Below are positions 19,878 through 30,280 of a stretch of 46,430 nucleotides of DNA, piece after piece. Positions within the stretch are counted from its first letter, which is position 1; each line of letters starts with the position of its first letter. Under the pieces are notes generated by a model. It saw only the letters and a list, made by a program, of their open reading frames with translations. It searched no databases and was not told the origin of the DNA. A program made the translations under genes and the position numbers. This stretch comes from Candidatus Methanomethylophilaceae archaeon. GTDB taxonomy: Archaea > Thermoplasmatota > Thermoplasmata > Methanomassiliicoccales > Methanomethylophilaceae. The DNA lies in NCBI GenBank assembly GCA_944320495.1, contig CALUHR010000010.1:1-46430 (forward strand), written 5' to 3'.

Positions 19878-19947
19878 TCGAAATTCCTCTGGGCCGAGTA
19901 AAAGGACTTCCTATAAAAAGGATGGCTCTCCCCGAAGGGCCTGGCCG

Positions 19948-20883
19948 TCACGGGAAGTGGGCGCGCTGCTTCGCTGCGTCCGCCCACATGCCCGCCTCGG
20001 TGCCCGGGAGCTCGTGGATCACATAGGCTGGGTCCAGGGCCTCCACGATCTCGGCGCAGCGCGGGTCGGAGAAGGGGCTGTGGGTGTCGATGGCACAGAC
20101 GTGACGGTTGGCGTCCGCCAGGAACTCCGGGAAGGGGCAGTCGAGCTCCCTCTCCTCGAACGTCGAACGGTAGCCGTAGGATGCGCTCCAGTGGAGATGG
20201 ACGGCGGACACCCTGTCGGTCATGTCGCGGCTGTATCCGTGCACTATGTCGAGCACCGCGTCCACGGCCTCGGCCTCGGTGGTCACCGGAAGGCAGCTCA
20301 TCAGATGACCAGTATCGAGGCATATCCCCCAGTCCTCGAACTCCAGCTTCGACTCCACCCTCCTGTAGCCGGACTCGTCGTTGAGCCTCATGCCGGGCCA
20401 CCAGAGGTTCTCCAGAACCAGACGGAACGGCGGCTCCCCTCCGGGCATCTGCCCGACCACGGTGTTCAGGAGCTCGCACAGCGCGTCTATGACGTGGGAG
20501 TCGCTGCGGGAGTACCTGCGGTGGAATATCTCGGTCGTATCGGCGTTGCACGCGTGGAACACGCCATGAGCCGGCGACAGCGACGCAGCGACATCGATTG
20601 AGTGTGCGACGTTGGAGAGCAGCTCGGAGCGGTCGTTCCCGTAGGTGTGGTAGAGCGCGTAGCCCTCCGGCATGTCTGGTATGCGGTCCTCCCATGCGGA
20701 GAGCCAGTCCGGAGCGTACGGGAGGTGTACGGTCTCTGCGAGCCCCCTGTAGAACGGGTCCGGCTCGTCGTACGACGTCAGGAGCTCCAGCCCGTCCATC
20801 CCGACGGAGGCTAGCTTGGAGGACGGATCCGGCCCCAGACCGGCCACGTCCTGGTAGACCGAGTACGACAGAAGGTGCCTCAT
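19948..20883 (-). CDS. Xylose-isomerase-like TIM-barrel protein
   Basis: VHLPY, LENLWWPG, CLDTGHL and VHLH metal-ligand pattern. Confidence 0.8.
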   Translation of the reverse strand: MRHLLSYSVYQDVAGLGPDPSSKLASVGMDGLELLTSYDEPDPFYRGLAETVHLPYAPDWLSAWEDRIPDMPEGYALYHTYGNDRSELLSNVAHSIDVAASLSPAHGVFHACNADTTEIFHRRYSRSDSHVIDALCELLNTVVGQMPGGEPPFRLVLENLWWPGMRLNDESGYRRVESKLEFEDWGICLDTGHLMSCLPVTTEAEAVDAVLDIVHGYSRDMTDRVSAVHLHWSASYGYRSTFEERELDCPFPEFLADANRHVCAIDTHSPFSDPRCAEIVEALDPAYVIHELPGTEAGMWADAAKQRAHFP

Positions 20884-20885
20884 GT

Positions 20886-21470
20886 TCAGAACAGCGCCAG
20901 CGCCGCGGACACGGCGGCCTCTATGGCGGAGACCTGGGTCTCGCCGCCGCCGATGATCAGAGCATCGTCCTGGGTAATGCCCGACTCCTTCCTGATCTTG
21001 TAGGCCATGTCCGGCATCCTCTCGTCCATGTTCCAGTCCGGAGGGACCATGAGTACCCCGTCACGAATCACGATGGTGGTGCATCCCTGTCCGCCGACCT
21101 TGATGCCCTCGTCGCGCTGCTCCATGCCGTTGACGACCTTGTCGGCGACTCCGGTCACTAGCACGGCCTGCTGGAACTTCCCGACGACGGATCCCTCCAC
21201 GGTGATGTCGAGGGGGACCATGGGCATCTGGGACAGGAACGACATCCCGGCCTTGGTGATGGTGATGCCAGTCTGCCTGATCTCGATGAAGCCCCACTCC
21301 TTCAGGGTCTCGATGATCCTGCGCATGCTCCCCTCGCCCACACCGACCTCGTCGGCGAGCCTCTTGCGCCCTATGCGCCTGCCGCTGGAGAGAACATGCA
21401 GGGTCCAATAGACGTTGGCGTCGTTGAACCTGAACATAGGACCGTACTGGGGTGCATCCATGATCTTCAT
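20886..21470 (-). CDS. Winged-HTH protein, DUF4443-like
   Basis: IGRKRLADEVGVGEGSMRRIIETL HTH, followed by EQRDEGIKVGGQGCTT. Confidence 0.72.
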   Translation of the reverse strand: MKIMDAPQYGPMFRFNDANVYWTLHVLSSGRRIGRKRLADEVGVGEGSMRRIIETLKEWGFIEIRQTGITITKAGMSFLSQMPMVPLDITVEGSVVGKFQQAVLVTGVADKVVNGMEQRDEGIKVGGQGCTTIVIRDGVLMVPPDWNMDERMPDMAYKIRKESGITQDDALIIGGGETQVSAIEAAVSAALALF

Positions 21471-21579
21471 CGTATCGATTGGATGAACCATCCTGTGGAC
21501 ATTTAAGGTTGATGGATGGGTCTTCGGGCACTTCGTACGACCTGGCGCCGGGCCCGCTGGAGAATGATGGGTGTGGTTC

Positions 21580-21601
21580 GCCCCCGGATCCCTCCGGGGG
21601 C
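21580..21601. terminator. Hairpin downstream of mat
   Basis: GCCCCCGGA-TCCC-TCCGGGGGC, a 9-bp stem 11 nt after the stop. Confidence 0.55.
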
Positions 21602-21612
21602 ATGGTTTGCGA

Positions 21613-22836
21613 TCAGAAGGTGCGGACCTTGCCCTCGATGATCATGTCGCTGACCTTGTCGACGTTGTCGAGCCAGTCGGCGGTGATGGCCTCGGCCTCG
21701 GACTTCCACTTGGCGAGGTTTGGGTTGGTCTCGGCGTCCGGCAGGACGATCTGCACGGAGGCGTTGAGGGGCTCGGAGACGGGCTTGCCGATCTGGGACA
21801 GGAGCCTGACCCTGATCTCGGCCTCGTTGGTGACCTTGGCGGCGACGTCCTCGGCGATGAGCTTGGACATGACGTTGTAGATCTTCCCGATGTGGGTGAT
21901 CGGGTTCTTTCCGGAGGTGGCCTCCATGGACATGGGCCTGTAGGGGGTGATCAGTCCGTTGCACCTGTTGCCCCTGCCGACGGATCCGTCGTCTCCCATC
22001 TCCTGGGACATGCCGGTGCAGGTCAGGTAGTAGACGTTCCTGTCGTAGTCGTCGCCGGTGTTGATCTCGAGCTTGTAGTCGATCTTCTCGTCGCTGATGA
22101 TCTTCAGGGCGTTGTCGTAGACCAGGTCGTAGAGCTGCTCACAGGCGGACTTGTAGTGGGCGGCGTCATCGATGCGCTTGTCGATCATGGCGCAGGCGAT
22201 GGTGGTGGTGACGGTGTTGCCGACCCTGGAGGTCATGACCTTGACGTCCTGACCGGTCTCGGGCAGCTTCTCCTTCATCTTGCCGTTGATGTACTCCTCG
22301 GTCTCGAGGGTGAGCCTGTCGGCGATGGAGTAGGGGGCGTATCCGACACCGAAGGAGGTGTCGTTGGCCAGGTGGCCGGATGCCTTGTAGACGCCTGTGA
22401 GGTCGTCGGATCCCATTCCCAGCTTGGCATCGAGGATGACCTCGGAGTCGACGTCCAGGTTGGGGAAGGTCCTCTTCAGGTACTCCCTGGCGGCCTTGAG
22501 GGCGACGGGCTTGCAGGGCAGGGACTTCATGTCCTCTCCCTCTCCGACATGGGTGGTGGCGCGTCCGACCAGGAGGATGTAGGACGGGTCGATGATGTTG
22601 CCTCCGCCGAACCTCGGGGCGGCCTGACCGGCGGCGATCTGGGTCTCGTCGGTGTTGTGGTGGAGGACGTGTCCGAACTCCTTCTTGTACATCCTGCACA
22701 GGGCGCGGGAGACCTCCTCGGCCAGAGCGTCGGCCACGCTGTCCGGGTGTCCGATTCCTTTGCGCTCGACGATCTCGACGTCCTTCATGGGGACGGGGAC
22801 CTCGTTCAGTCCCTCTACGTAGATGTTCTTTCCCAT
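21613..22836 (-). CDS. mat: Archaeal-type S-adenosylmethionine synthetase
   Basis: VERKGIGHPDSV, HHNTDE, ANDTSFGVG, GQDVKVM, GDDGSVGRGNR and GKNPITHIGKIYN motifs. Confidence 0.97.
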   Translation of the reverse strand: MGKNIYVEGLNEVPVPMKDVEIVERKGIGHPDSVADALAEEVSRALCRMYKKEFGHVLHHNTDETQIAAGQAAPRFGGGNIIDPSYILLVGRATTHVGEGEDMKSLPCKPVALKAAREYLKRTFPNLDVDSEVILDAKLGMGSDDLTGVYKASGHLANDTSFGVGYAPYSIADRLTLETEEYINGKMKEKLPETGQDVKVMTSRVGNTVTTTIACAMIDKRIDDAAHYKSACEQLYDLVYDNALKIISDEKIDYKLEINTGDDYDRNVYYLTCTGMSQEMGDDGSVGRGNRCNGLITPYRPMSMEATSGKNPITHIGKIYNVMSKLIAEDVAAKVTNEAEIRVRLLSQIGKPVSEPLNASVQIVLPDAETNPNLAKWKSEAEAITADWLDNVDKVSDMIIEGKVRTF

Positions 22837-22926
22837 CTCGTTAACCTCTGGGGCTCGGATTATTTCGCTATTAATAAATGAGATTGTCAATAATATTCAT
22901 AAACGAATATCCGTTACACCTCTGGC

Positions 22927-23490
22927 ATGAAGTTCCCCCCGGCATCGGACATCAAGCGCATCAGGAAGTCCATCGACGTCACCCAGATGGAGCTGGCGTC
23001 CGCCTCGGGGATCAGCCAGAGCACCATCGCGAAGATCGAGAGGGGGACGATATCGGCCAGCTACGACACCGTCGTGAGACTGTTCGAGACGCTGGAGGGC
23101 ATGAAGGCAGAATCCCGCAAGGAGATGACCGCAGGGGACGTGGCGTCGGAGAACGTTGTGTCCATCCAGAGCTCCGAGAGGGTCCACCAGGCCTCGGACC
23201 TCATGAGGTCAACCGGGTACTCCCAACTGCCGGTGCTGAACGGGGACGTCTCCGTGGGCAGCATCTCCGAGAGAGGGATCCTGGAGCTGCTCAGGAAGGG
23301 GTCCACCATGGAGCAGCTGGGGATGATGGTCATCTCAGATGTCATGGGCGAGTCTTATCCCGTGGTGACCGACTCCACACCGATCTCCTCGGTCACGTCA
23401 CTCATGGGGAGCAGCGGCGCGGTGCTCGTGTCCAGAAAGGGGAAGATCGTCGGGATGATCACAAACGCGGACATCCTGAAGCTCATATGA
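22927..23490 (+). CDS. XRE-HTH plus tandem CBS-domain transcriptional regulator
   Basis: VTQMELASASGISQSTIAKIERG, followed by two CBS repeats (YSQLPV, GMITNADI). Confidence 0.88.
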   Translation: MKFPPASDIKRIRKSIDVTQMELASASGISQSTIAKIERGTISASYDTVVRLFETLEGMKAESRKEMTAGDVASENVVSIQSSERVHQASDLMRSTGYSQLPVLNGDVSVGSISERGILELLRKGSTMEQLGMMVISDVMGESYPVVTDSTPISSVTSLMGSSGAVLVSRKGKIVGMITNADILKLI

Positions 23491-23580
23491 CCGAAGCCCT
23501 GGAACACGTTCTGATTCTGTGTGGGGCGATGGACCGCGTGACATCTGGAGGGACCCGACCCCCGTTCGATCCTGGAAACC

Positions 23581-23727
23581 TAAAACTCTTGAAAACAATG
23601 GCTGGTTTCTTGCTAAAACTCTTGAAAATAACAGTTGATTTTAGTCTACAATCCTTGATTTTTCTGTCTCGAAAAGATATAAAACTCTTGAAAAACTTAT
23701 ACTGAAACTGCCTAAACATTTGGAAGG
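23581..23727. repeat. 33-bp-period direct repeat array (TAAAACTCTTGAAAA)
   Basis: Exact 15-mers at 23581, 23614 and 23680. Degenerate copies (9/15 matches) at 23647 and 23713. Confidence 0.85.
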
Positions 23728-23739
23728 AAGGTAGCTGGA

Positions 23740-25134
23740 TTGCGCAGGAAGATAACCCGGAGGTTAGAGGAGTGGAAGACCTCAGGAGACAGGAAGAAAT
23801 GCCTGATGGTCCGTGGCGCGAGGCAGATCGGCAAGACGTACTCCGTCGAGGAGTTCGCGAAGGAGAACTACGGCCACTACCTCCGCATAGACCTGCATGA
23901 GGATGTGGGGGCCCGCACCATGTTCGACGGCGATCTCGATGCTGGCACAATCATGATGGCCATATCCGCCCGCTACCCCCGCTTCGAGTTCGTGCCCGGG
24001 GATACGCTGCTCTTCCTGGACGAGATCCAGGATTGCCCGAATGCCCGGACCGCACTGAAGTTCCTCTCCCGCAACGAGAACTTCGACATCGTGGCGTCCG
24101 GCTCCCTAATGGGCCTCAAGACGAAGGGCGTGGCCTCGATGCCCGTAGGTTCCGAGGAGAATGTCCAGATGTACCCGATGGACTTCGAGGAGTTCCTCTG
24201 GGCAATGGGCCTCTCGGAAGGCGTCGTGGAGCATGTCAGGGGATGCATCCGCAGGATGGAACCTCTGGAGGACTCCCTCCTGGACTCCATGTACCGCTAC
24301 ATGAGATGGTTCATGATGGTCGGCGGCATGCCAGAGGCCGTCCAGGAGTTCTCGGACACCAGGCTGTTCACCGGCGTCAGACGCATCCAGAAGGACCTGA
24401 TGGAGGGATACGGCGACGACATCGGCAGCTATGCCGAGGGCCGCTACAAGGACCGGGTGAGGAGATGCCTGGATTCCATATCCTCCCAGCTCGCCAGGGA
24501 CAACAAGACGTTCCTCTACTCGGACATGGAGGACAACCCGGACTATGCCGTCGGGAGCAAGTATTTCGAGTACGCCCTCAACTGGCTGAGCGGTGCTGAG
24601 CTCTCGCTCATCTGCGACCGCGTCACCCAACCGCGCCTGCCCCTGGAGGAGAACGCGATCAGACCCGCGTTCAAGCTCTACCTCCTGGATACGGGACTCC
24701 TGCTGTCGATGTACGACGACTCGATCCTTTACGACGTACTCAGCGGCGGCGTGGATGTCAACAAGGGCGCCCTGAGCGAGAACCTCGTCGCCTGCATGCT
24801 GCATTCGCAGGGCAGAAGGCTGTACTACTATCAGGTCTCCGAAAGGGGGAAGGAGAGGATGGAGCTGGATTTCGTGACGGTCATCGGTGGGAAGGTGACC
24901 GCCATAGAGGTGAAATCCGGGAAGAAGCGCGACACCAGGTCCCTGAACAAGGCGATGGAGAGATTCGGCATCGACGGGATCATGTTCGAGACCCGCAACA
25001 TCTTCGTTGACGACAAGGGAGTGAGACACTACCCGCTCTTCGCCGCCTCGTTCATGGATTGCATCGACGTGAGGCCCGAACTGCACGTGGACCTCCCGGA
25101 TGCGGATTCCATCAACGAGCGGTTCGGGAACCGA
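23740..25134 (+). CDS. AAA+ ATPase with DUF4143 C-terminal domain (AAA_14 type)
   Basis: TTG start. GARQIGKT Walker A, LDEIQ Walker B, ASGS, ENLVAC, ELDFV...IEVKSG. First CGA at 25132-25134; standard stop at 25365. Confidence 0.88.
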
Positions 25135-25427
25135 GACCCGGACCGAAATCGACGGCCTCGCACGGACTACCTCCCTCAGGGATCCGGACCGATGGGGATC
25201 GCACCTCCCGTCGTAACTCTGCGCGACCGCGTCCTTCCCATGAGCGCCCTCGGGATCCGGAATCTCCGGCCCGATGACGAACCTGAGGTCCGAGCGGATG
25301 CGGTGCCACTCTCGCTCGGACCTTGGGACGATCTCGACAGGGCCCCTCGGCCAGCATGTTTTTAACGTAAACCAGGATGGCCCGTCACCCATCGGGGAAA
25401 GAGAACCCCCGCATGTGAGGGAATGCG

Positions 25428-28379
25428 ATGATAAAGCAGATCCGCGCGAATTATGACGCCAAGGGCATCGAGAAGGATGTCCAGGCCTACTGGGACGAGA
25501 CCGACACCTACCACAAGACGAAGGAACACCGTGCAGACGGTGAGAGGTTCTACTTTGTCGACGGACCCCCGTACACCACCGGGAAGATCCACCTCGGGAC
25601 GGCGATGAACAAGACCGTCAAGGACATCTTCATCCGCTACTGGAGGATGCGCGGCTACAACGTCCGCGACCAGCCCGGGTTCGACATGCACGGCCTCCCC
25701 ATCGAGGTCAAGGTCGAGAAGAACATCGGCGTGCACTCGAAGAAGGACATCGAGGAGCTGGGCATAGACAAGTTCGTCTCCACCTGCAAGGAGTTCGCCC
25801 TGGGCCTCCACGCAGACATGACCAAGGAGTTCCAGCGCCTGGGCGTGTGGATGGACTGGGAGCACCCCTATCAGACCATCAGGCTCGATTACATCGAATC
25901 CGCCTGGTGGACCCTCCAGCGCGCCTACGACAAGGGTCTGCTGTACCCCGCCAGCAGGGTCGTCACCTGGTGCCCCAGGTGCGAGACCGCGCTCGCGGAA
26001 GCTGAGATTGAATATTGGGACGAGACCGACCCGTCCGTCATGGTCAGGTTCCCTCTCAGGGACGGGACCGGCTCGCTGCTGATCTGGACCACCACCCCCT
26101 GGACCCTCGCCGCGAACATGGCCGTGGCGGTCCACCCGGACTTCGACTACGCCCGCGTGAGGATGAACGGCCAGAAGGGCACCGAGGAGCTCATCATCCT
26201 CGAGTCCCAGGCCGAATACGTCATGCAGAAGGGCGGATACGAGTCCTACGAAATCATCGAGAGGATGAAGGGCAAGGACCTGGAGGGCATGGACTACGTC
26301 CCGCCCTTCCAGCTCGACGCCGCCCCCTCCAGCGAGTGGTCCTGGCGCGTGCTCCTTGCGGACTACGTCGAGAAGGACAACACCGGTCTGGTCCACACCG
26401 CCCCCGGACACGGACCCGATGATTACGAGACGGGAAAGAGATACGGCATCGAGCCCTTCTGTCCCGTCGCCGAGAACGGACGCTACACCGACGAGTTCCC
26501 GCTGATGGCCGGCAAGAAGGTCAAGACCGTCGCCGACGACGTCATCAAGTACCTCGACGAGAAGGGCCTGCTCTACAACTCCAGCAAGATCAAGCACCGC
26601 TACGGCCACTGCTGGAGATGCAAATCCCCCATCATCTACAGGAACACCCGCCAGTGGTTCGTGGCCGTCCCCAAGGTCAAAGACCAGATGCTGGCGGAGA
26701 TCGACAGGGTCCGCTGGGACCCGGACTGGGCCGGCGAAGCGAGGGAGAAGAACTGGGTCGAGGGCGCCCGCGAATGGTGCATCTCCAGGCAGAGGTACTG
26801 GGGAATCCCCATGCCCGTCTGGGAGTGCCAGTGCGGGCACCGCAGGGTCGTCGGCCAGTACGAGGAGCTCAAGGAGGGCGATGGTTACACCGACGGCATG
26901 GACACCCACCGCCCCTGGATCGACGGCGTCACCTTCAAGTGCCCCGAGTGCGGCGGCACCATGCACCGTGTCCCGGATGTGCTCGATGTCTGGTTCGATT
27001 CGGGTGTGGCAGCATGGGCGTCCCTCGGATACCCCCACAGGAAGGAGGAGTTCGACAAGTGGTGGCCATGCAGGTTCATCGTGGAGGCCCACGACCAGAC
27101 CCGCGGCTGGTTCTACTCCCAGCTCGGCGCAGGAGTCATCTCCTTCGACCGTGCGCCCTACGACGAGGTCATGATGCACGGATGGGTGCTGGACCCCAAG
27201 GGCCAGAAGATGTCCAAGTCCCTCGGGAACGTCATCGAGCCCCTGGAGCTGATCGACCAGGTCGGCGCCGACTCCCTCAGATACTATCTGATCAAGAGCA
27301 ACGCCCCGTGGGAGGACACCGCCTTCCAGAAGGACGGGCCCAAGAACGCCAGGAAGGTCCTCAACACCTACTGGAACGTGGTGAACTTCGCGTCCACCTA
27401 CATGCTCATCGACGGGTACGACCCGGACGCGCACTCCGTGAAGGACATGTACGCCAGCCTCAGGGATGAGGACCGCTGGATGATCTCCCGCACCGAGAGG
27501 ATGAAGGCCGACGCCACGACGTACCTCGAGTCCAGGGAGCTCCACAAGCTCGCCAGGATGCTGGAGGACTACATCATGGAGGACCTCTCCCGCTGGTACG
27601 TCTGCCTGGTAAGGGACCGCTCCTGGTCAGAGGACGCGGACATGGAGGCGGACAAGAACGCCTCGTACTTCACCCTGTACTATGCGATCATGAACACCGC
27701 GCTCGTGCTCGCCCCGATTGCCCCGTACATCGCCGAGGAGGTCTACCAGCACATGGGAGGGAAGCTCCAGAGCGTGCACATGGAGGACTGGCCGGTCTGC
27801 GACGAGTCCCTCCTCGATGACGGCGTCGAGCACAGCATGTCCCTCGTCAGGGGCATCGTGGACATCGTCGCCGCCGAGAGGGCCAAGATGGGCTCCAAGC
27901 TCAGGTGGCCCCTGCTGCAGGTCTTCGTCCGTGGCAACGACGCCGAAGTGAACAGGATGGTCAAGCGCTTCGAGTCCGTGCTCTGCGACCAGGCTAACAC
28001 CAAGCGCGTCGTGTTCCTCGGCAAGGACGAGATACCCTCTACCGAGACCGAGCTCCAGCCCGTGGAGTTCGACGAGGGCACCCTGTTCATCGACTTCAGC
28101 ATCACGCCGGAGATCGAGGCCGAGGGATACGCGAGGGAGCTCATCCGCAGGATCCAGCAGATGCGCAAGGACCTGAAGCTCAACGTCGAGCAGTTCATCG
28201 ACTGCCAGGTGGCGGCCGAGGACAGGCTCATGGGACTCTTCGACACCTGGAAGGACCACATCGCCAACGAGGTCCGCGCCAGGAACCTGGTGTTCACATC
28301 CGAACCGAAGGGCGCCGAGGTCAAGGCCTGGGACGTCACCGGCAAGGAGATCACCATCGCCGTCACCCCTCTGGAGTGA
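25428..28379 (+). CDS. ileS: Isoleucine-tRNA ligase
   Basis: DGPPYTTGKIHLGT, WTTTPWTL, WCISRQRYWG and KMSKSLGN motifs. Confidence 0.98.
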   Translation: MIKQIRANYDAKGIEKDVQAYWDETDTYHKTKEHRADGERFYFVDGPPYTTGKIHLGTAMNKTVKDIFIRYWRMRGYNVRDQPGFDMHGLPIEVKVEKNIGVHSKKDIEELGIDKFVSTCKEFALGLHADMTKEFQRLGVWMDWEHPYQTIRLDYIESAWWTLQRAYDKGLLYPASRVVTWCPRCETALAEAEIEYWDETDPSVMVRFPLRDGTGSLLIWTTTPWTLAANMAVAVHPDFDYARVRMNGQKGTEELIILESQAEYVMQKGGYESYEIIERMKGKDLEGMDYVPPFQLDAAPSSEWSWRVLLADYVEKDNTGLVHTAPGHGPDDYETGKRYGIEPFCPVAENGRYTDEFPLMAGKKVKTVADDVIKYLDEKGLLYNSSKIKHRYGHCWRCKSPIIYRNTRQWFVAVPKVKDQMLAEIDRVRWDPDWAGEAREKNWVEGAREWCISRQRYWGIPMPVWECQCGHRRVVGQYEELKEGDGYTDGMDTHRPWIDGVTFKCPECGGTMHRVPDVLDVWFDSGVAAWASLGYPHRKEEFDKWWPCRFIVEAHDQTRGWFYSQLGAGVISFDRAPYDEVMMHGWVLDPKGQKMSKSLGNVIEPLELIDQVGADSLRYYLIKSNAPWEDTAFQKDGPKNARKVLNTYWNVVNFASTYMLIDGYDPDAHSVKDMYASLRDEDRWMISRTERMKADATTYLESRELHKLARMLEDYIMEDLSRWYVCLVRDRSWSEDADMEADKNASYFTLYYAIMNTALVLAPIAPYIAEEVYQHMGGKLQSVHMEDWPVCDESLLDDGVEHSMSLVRGIVDIVAAERAKMGSKLRWPLLQVFVRGNDAEVNRMVKRFESVLCDQANTKRVVFLGKDEIPSTETELQPVEFDEGTLFIDFSITPEIEAEGYARELIRRIQQMRKDLKLNVEQFIDCQVAAEDRLMGLFDTWKDHIANEVRARNLVFTSEPKGAEVKAWDVTGKEITIAVTPLE

Positions 28380-28388
28380 GGACACAAA

Positions 28389-28408
28389 GGGGCCCCGGAA
28401 GGGGTCCC
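28389..28408 (+). terminator. Hairpin after ileS
   Basis: GGGGCCCC-GGAA-GGGGTCCC. Confidence 0.55.
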
Positions 28409-29019
28409 ACCTTCAACCTTCGATTGTATCGTATTGATTGTTTTTTGGTACAATCACTACGTTTTTCTATACGATATCATCACGATATGTCTCATACATA
28501 TCGTATAATGCATGCATAATCGGACTGCTTCATCACCTTTCGTTTGAGGATGCGATTTCGGAACAATGGTCGCTAGACACACTGCAACGATGCTCGCGAC
28601 CATTGAGGTGACCCCCGAACCGAGTCACTTGATGGAGACAATAATGTCACAGAAAGCAAGAATCAGGGGCTGCACAAAGCTCCCACCAATCCTCCAAATA
28701 GTTCGGCCCATGGTAGAACCACTCAAGTGAACGCATAAGCACGCACTGAAACCACTTGTACCGTCGTAAGACATCAATTATTATAATGCAATCGTATTCA
28801 TTGATCTGGATGTATCTTCAATCATAACACGGATAAAAATCAATATCAATTTTGATATCAAATGCATTATAAGAATACCAAAATTTGATTTTCGAACATT
28901 ATTTCCCCGACCGTCGAAGAGTCTGGTGTACAAAATTGAATCTTAATCCCATGGATCCGCACATAGACTGGATTTCAGAACTGTGGGCATCCGCCCCCGT
29001 CCGATGAGGACCCGGAACC

Positions 29020-29448
29020 TCGCATCTCCACCCTGGTCCTCAGCCCCATTATCCCCACGGAGATGGACATCCTCGTCCCCTCCGCGAACTCGGCCTCCAG
29101 ACCGTCCGTGTAGATGCTGTGCCTCACGTCCACCCTGTGCTTCCCGGGAGACACCCTGACACGGTGTGTCCCGCCTGTCACCCTCAGAGATTCCTCTCCG
29201 TCGAACGAGACTGCGAACGGCTGGCCCTTGCCCGTTACGGTCACCAGCACAGAGACCATCCCGTCGTCATGCTCACAATCCGTCAGGCCCTCGCCCTCCA
29301 CCACGGGTTCCGAGACTCCGGGATCTGAGAGGTCGACATCATCCCTTCTCAGGACGAACCCGCAGTTGATGCAGTAGCACTGCATCCGATCGGTATTGAA
29401 GACCGTCCTCAGGGAGCAATTCGGACAAGTGAGCTCGACATAGGCCAT
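29020..29448 (-). CDS. Hypothetical protein with N-terminal Zn ribbon and C-terminal beta domain
   Basis: MAYVELTCPNC...CINCG. First CGA at 29020-29022 follows RTRVEM; standard stop at 28975. Confidence 0.65.
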
Positions 29449-29523
29449 GCCTGCTGCATAGGGATGCGAGCCTATAACCGTAACACCGAAAGGCATGCCG
29501 TTCCGTGCATCCATCTCCTTCCC

Positions 29524-29856
29524 ATGCGCAAGGTGAGAATCACCGTCCTGAGAACGATGCTGCTGGAAGATCTGGCGGCGGAGTACGGTCGCGAGGGACT
29601 CGGCAAATGCCCCTTCCTGAAGGAGGGACAGGTGTTCTACGCGGACTACGCCAAGCCGGAGGGCCTGTGCGACGAGGCGTGGAAGGCCATCTACCAGTAC
29701 GTGTTCGCCCTGGCCCACTTCGAGGGAGACGAGGTTTTCTACGGCGGGAGCTGGATTGACAAACCCGGAGTGGCAATATGCAGCTGCAACGACGGGTTGA
29801 GGCCGGTCATATTCAAGCTGGAGAGGACCGACGAGGAGGTCCCTCCAGACTCCTGA
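29524..29856 (+). CDS. TIGR04076-family protein
   Basis: MRKVRITVLR, CPFLKEGQVF, KPEGLCDEAWKAI and CSCNDGLRPVIFKLER motifs. Confidence 0.85.
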   Translation: MRKVRITVLRTMLLEDLAAEYGREGLGKCPFLKEGQVFYADYAKPEGLCDEAWKAIYQYVFALAHFEGDEVFYGGSWIDKPGVAICSCNDGLRPVIFKLERTDEEVPPDS

Positions 29857-30062
29857 ACGTAATCACCCGAGGGACCACCTGCCCCTCCACCCTCCGACCC
29901 TTCTCGATATGCCCGAACCTTCATCAGATTGGTCTCGCTGACTATACGGCTCTATGGACCTCAGTACCTCTGTCATGGGATCCATGGTCATCGCATCATC
30001 GTCGCGGATGGGATCGCATATCCGTCCGACATGGTCGGCTCTCTCGGACAGGACGGTATAGA

Positions 30063-30280
30063 GCGTAAAGTGACGGTCACCTATTCCGGCTTGTCGTTCC
30101 CCTCTATGACAGGGGGATCCAGTCCGATATCGCGACAGATCGCGGACATGTTACGAACACCGGCCCCTGCCTGTTCGGCCTTGCCTATCATCCTGAGCAT
30201 CCTGGACTCGCTCTCGTTCCTCGAATCGCTGGTGTGTCCGATCCCGCCATGTCCACATGTGTGCAGAAGCGACCGGATCC
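30063..30280 (-). pseudogene. Remnant of a RecG_C/HATPase_c_4-type domain
   Basis: SDSRNESESRMLRMIGKAEQAGAGVRNMSAICRDIGLDPPVIEGNDKPE*VTVTL resembles the S.PRN....LR.IG..E..GSG pattern. Internal TAG at 30081-30083 and an upstream TGA. Confidence 0.55.

Noticed and set aside
23581-23727. CRISPR array
   Set aside because: Repeats are 15 bp with 18-bp spacers, non-palindromic and partly degenerate, and no cas genes are present.
25362-27545. 727-aa antisense ORF over ileS, and similar long shadows at 8364-9653, 21571-22881, 30466-32010 (5' part) and 45397-46404
   Set aside because: These are antisense or alternate-frame shadows produced by high GC3 codon bias, with no motifs.
28530-28715. Hydrophobic minus-strand frame (MGRTIWRIGGSFVQPLILAFCDIIVSIK*LGSGVTSMVASIVAVCLATIV)
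   Set aside because: It is interrupted by TGA, short, and I cannot assign a family. It may be a membrane-protein remnant but is unsupported.
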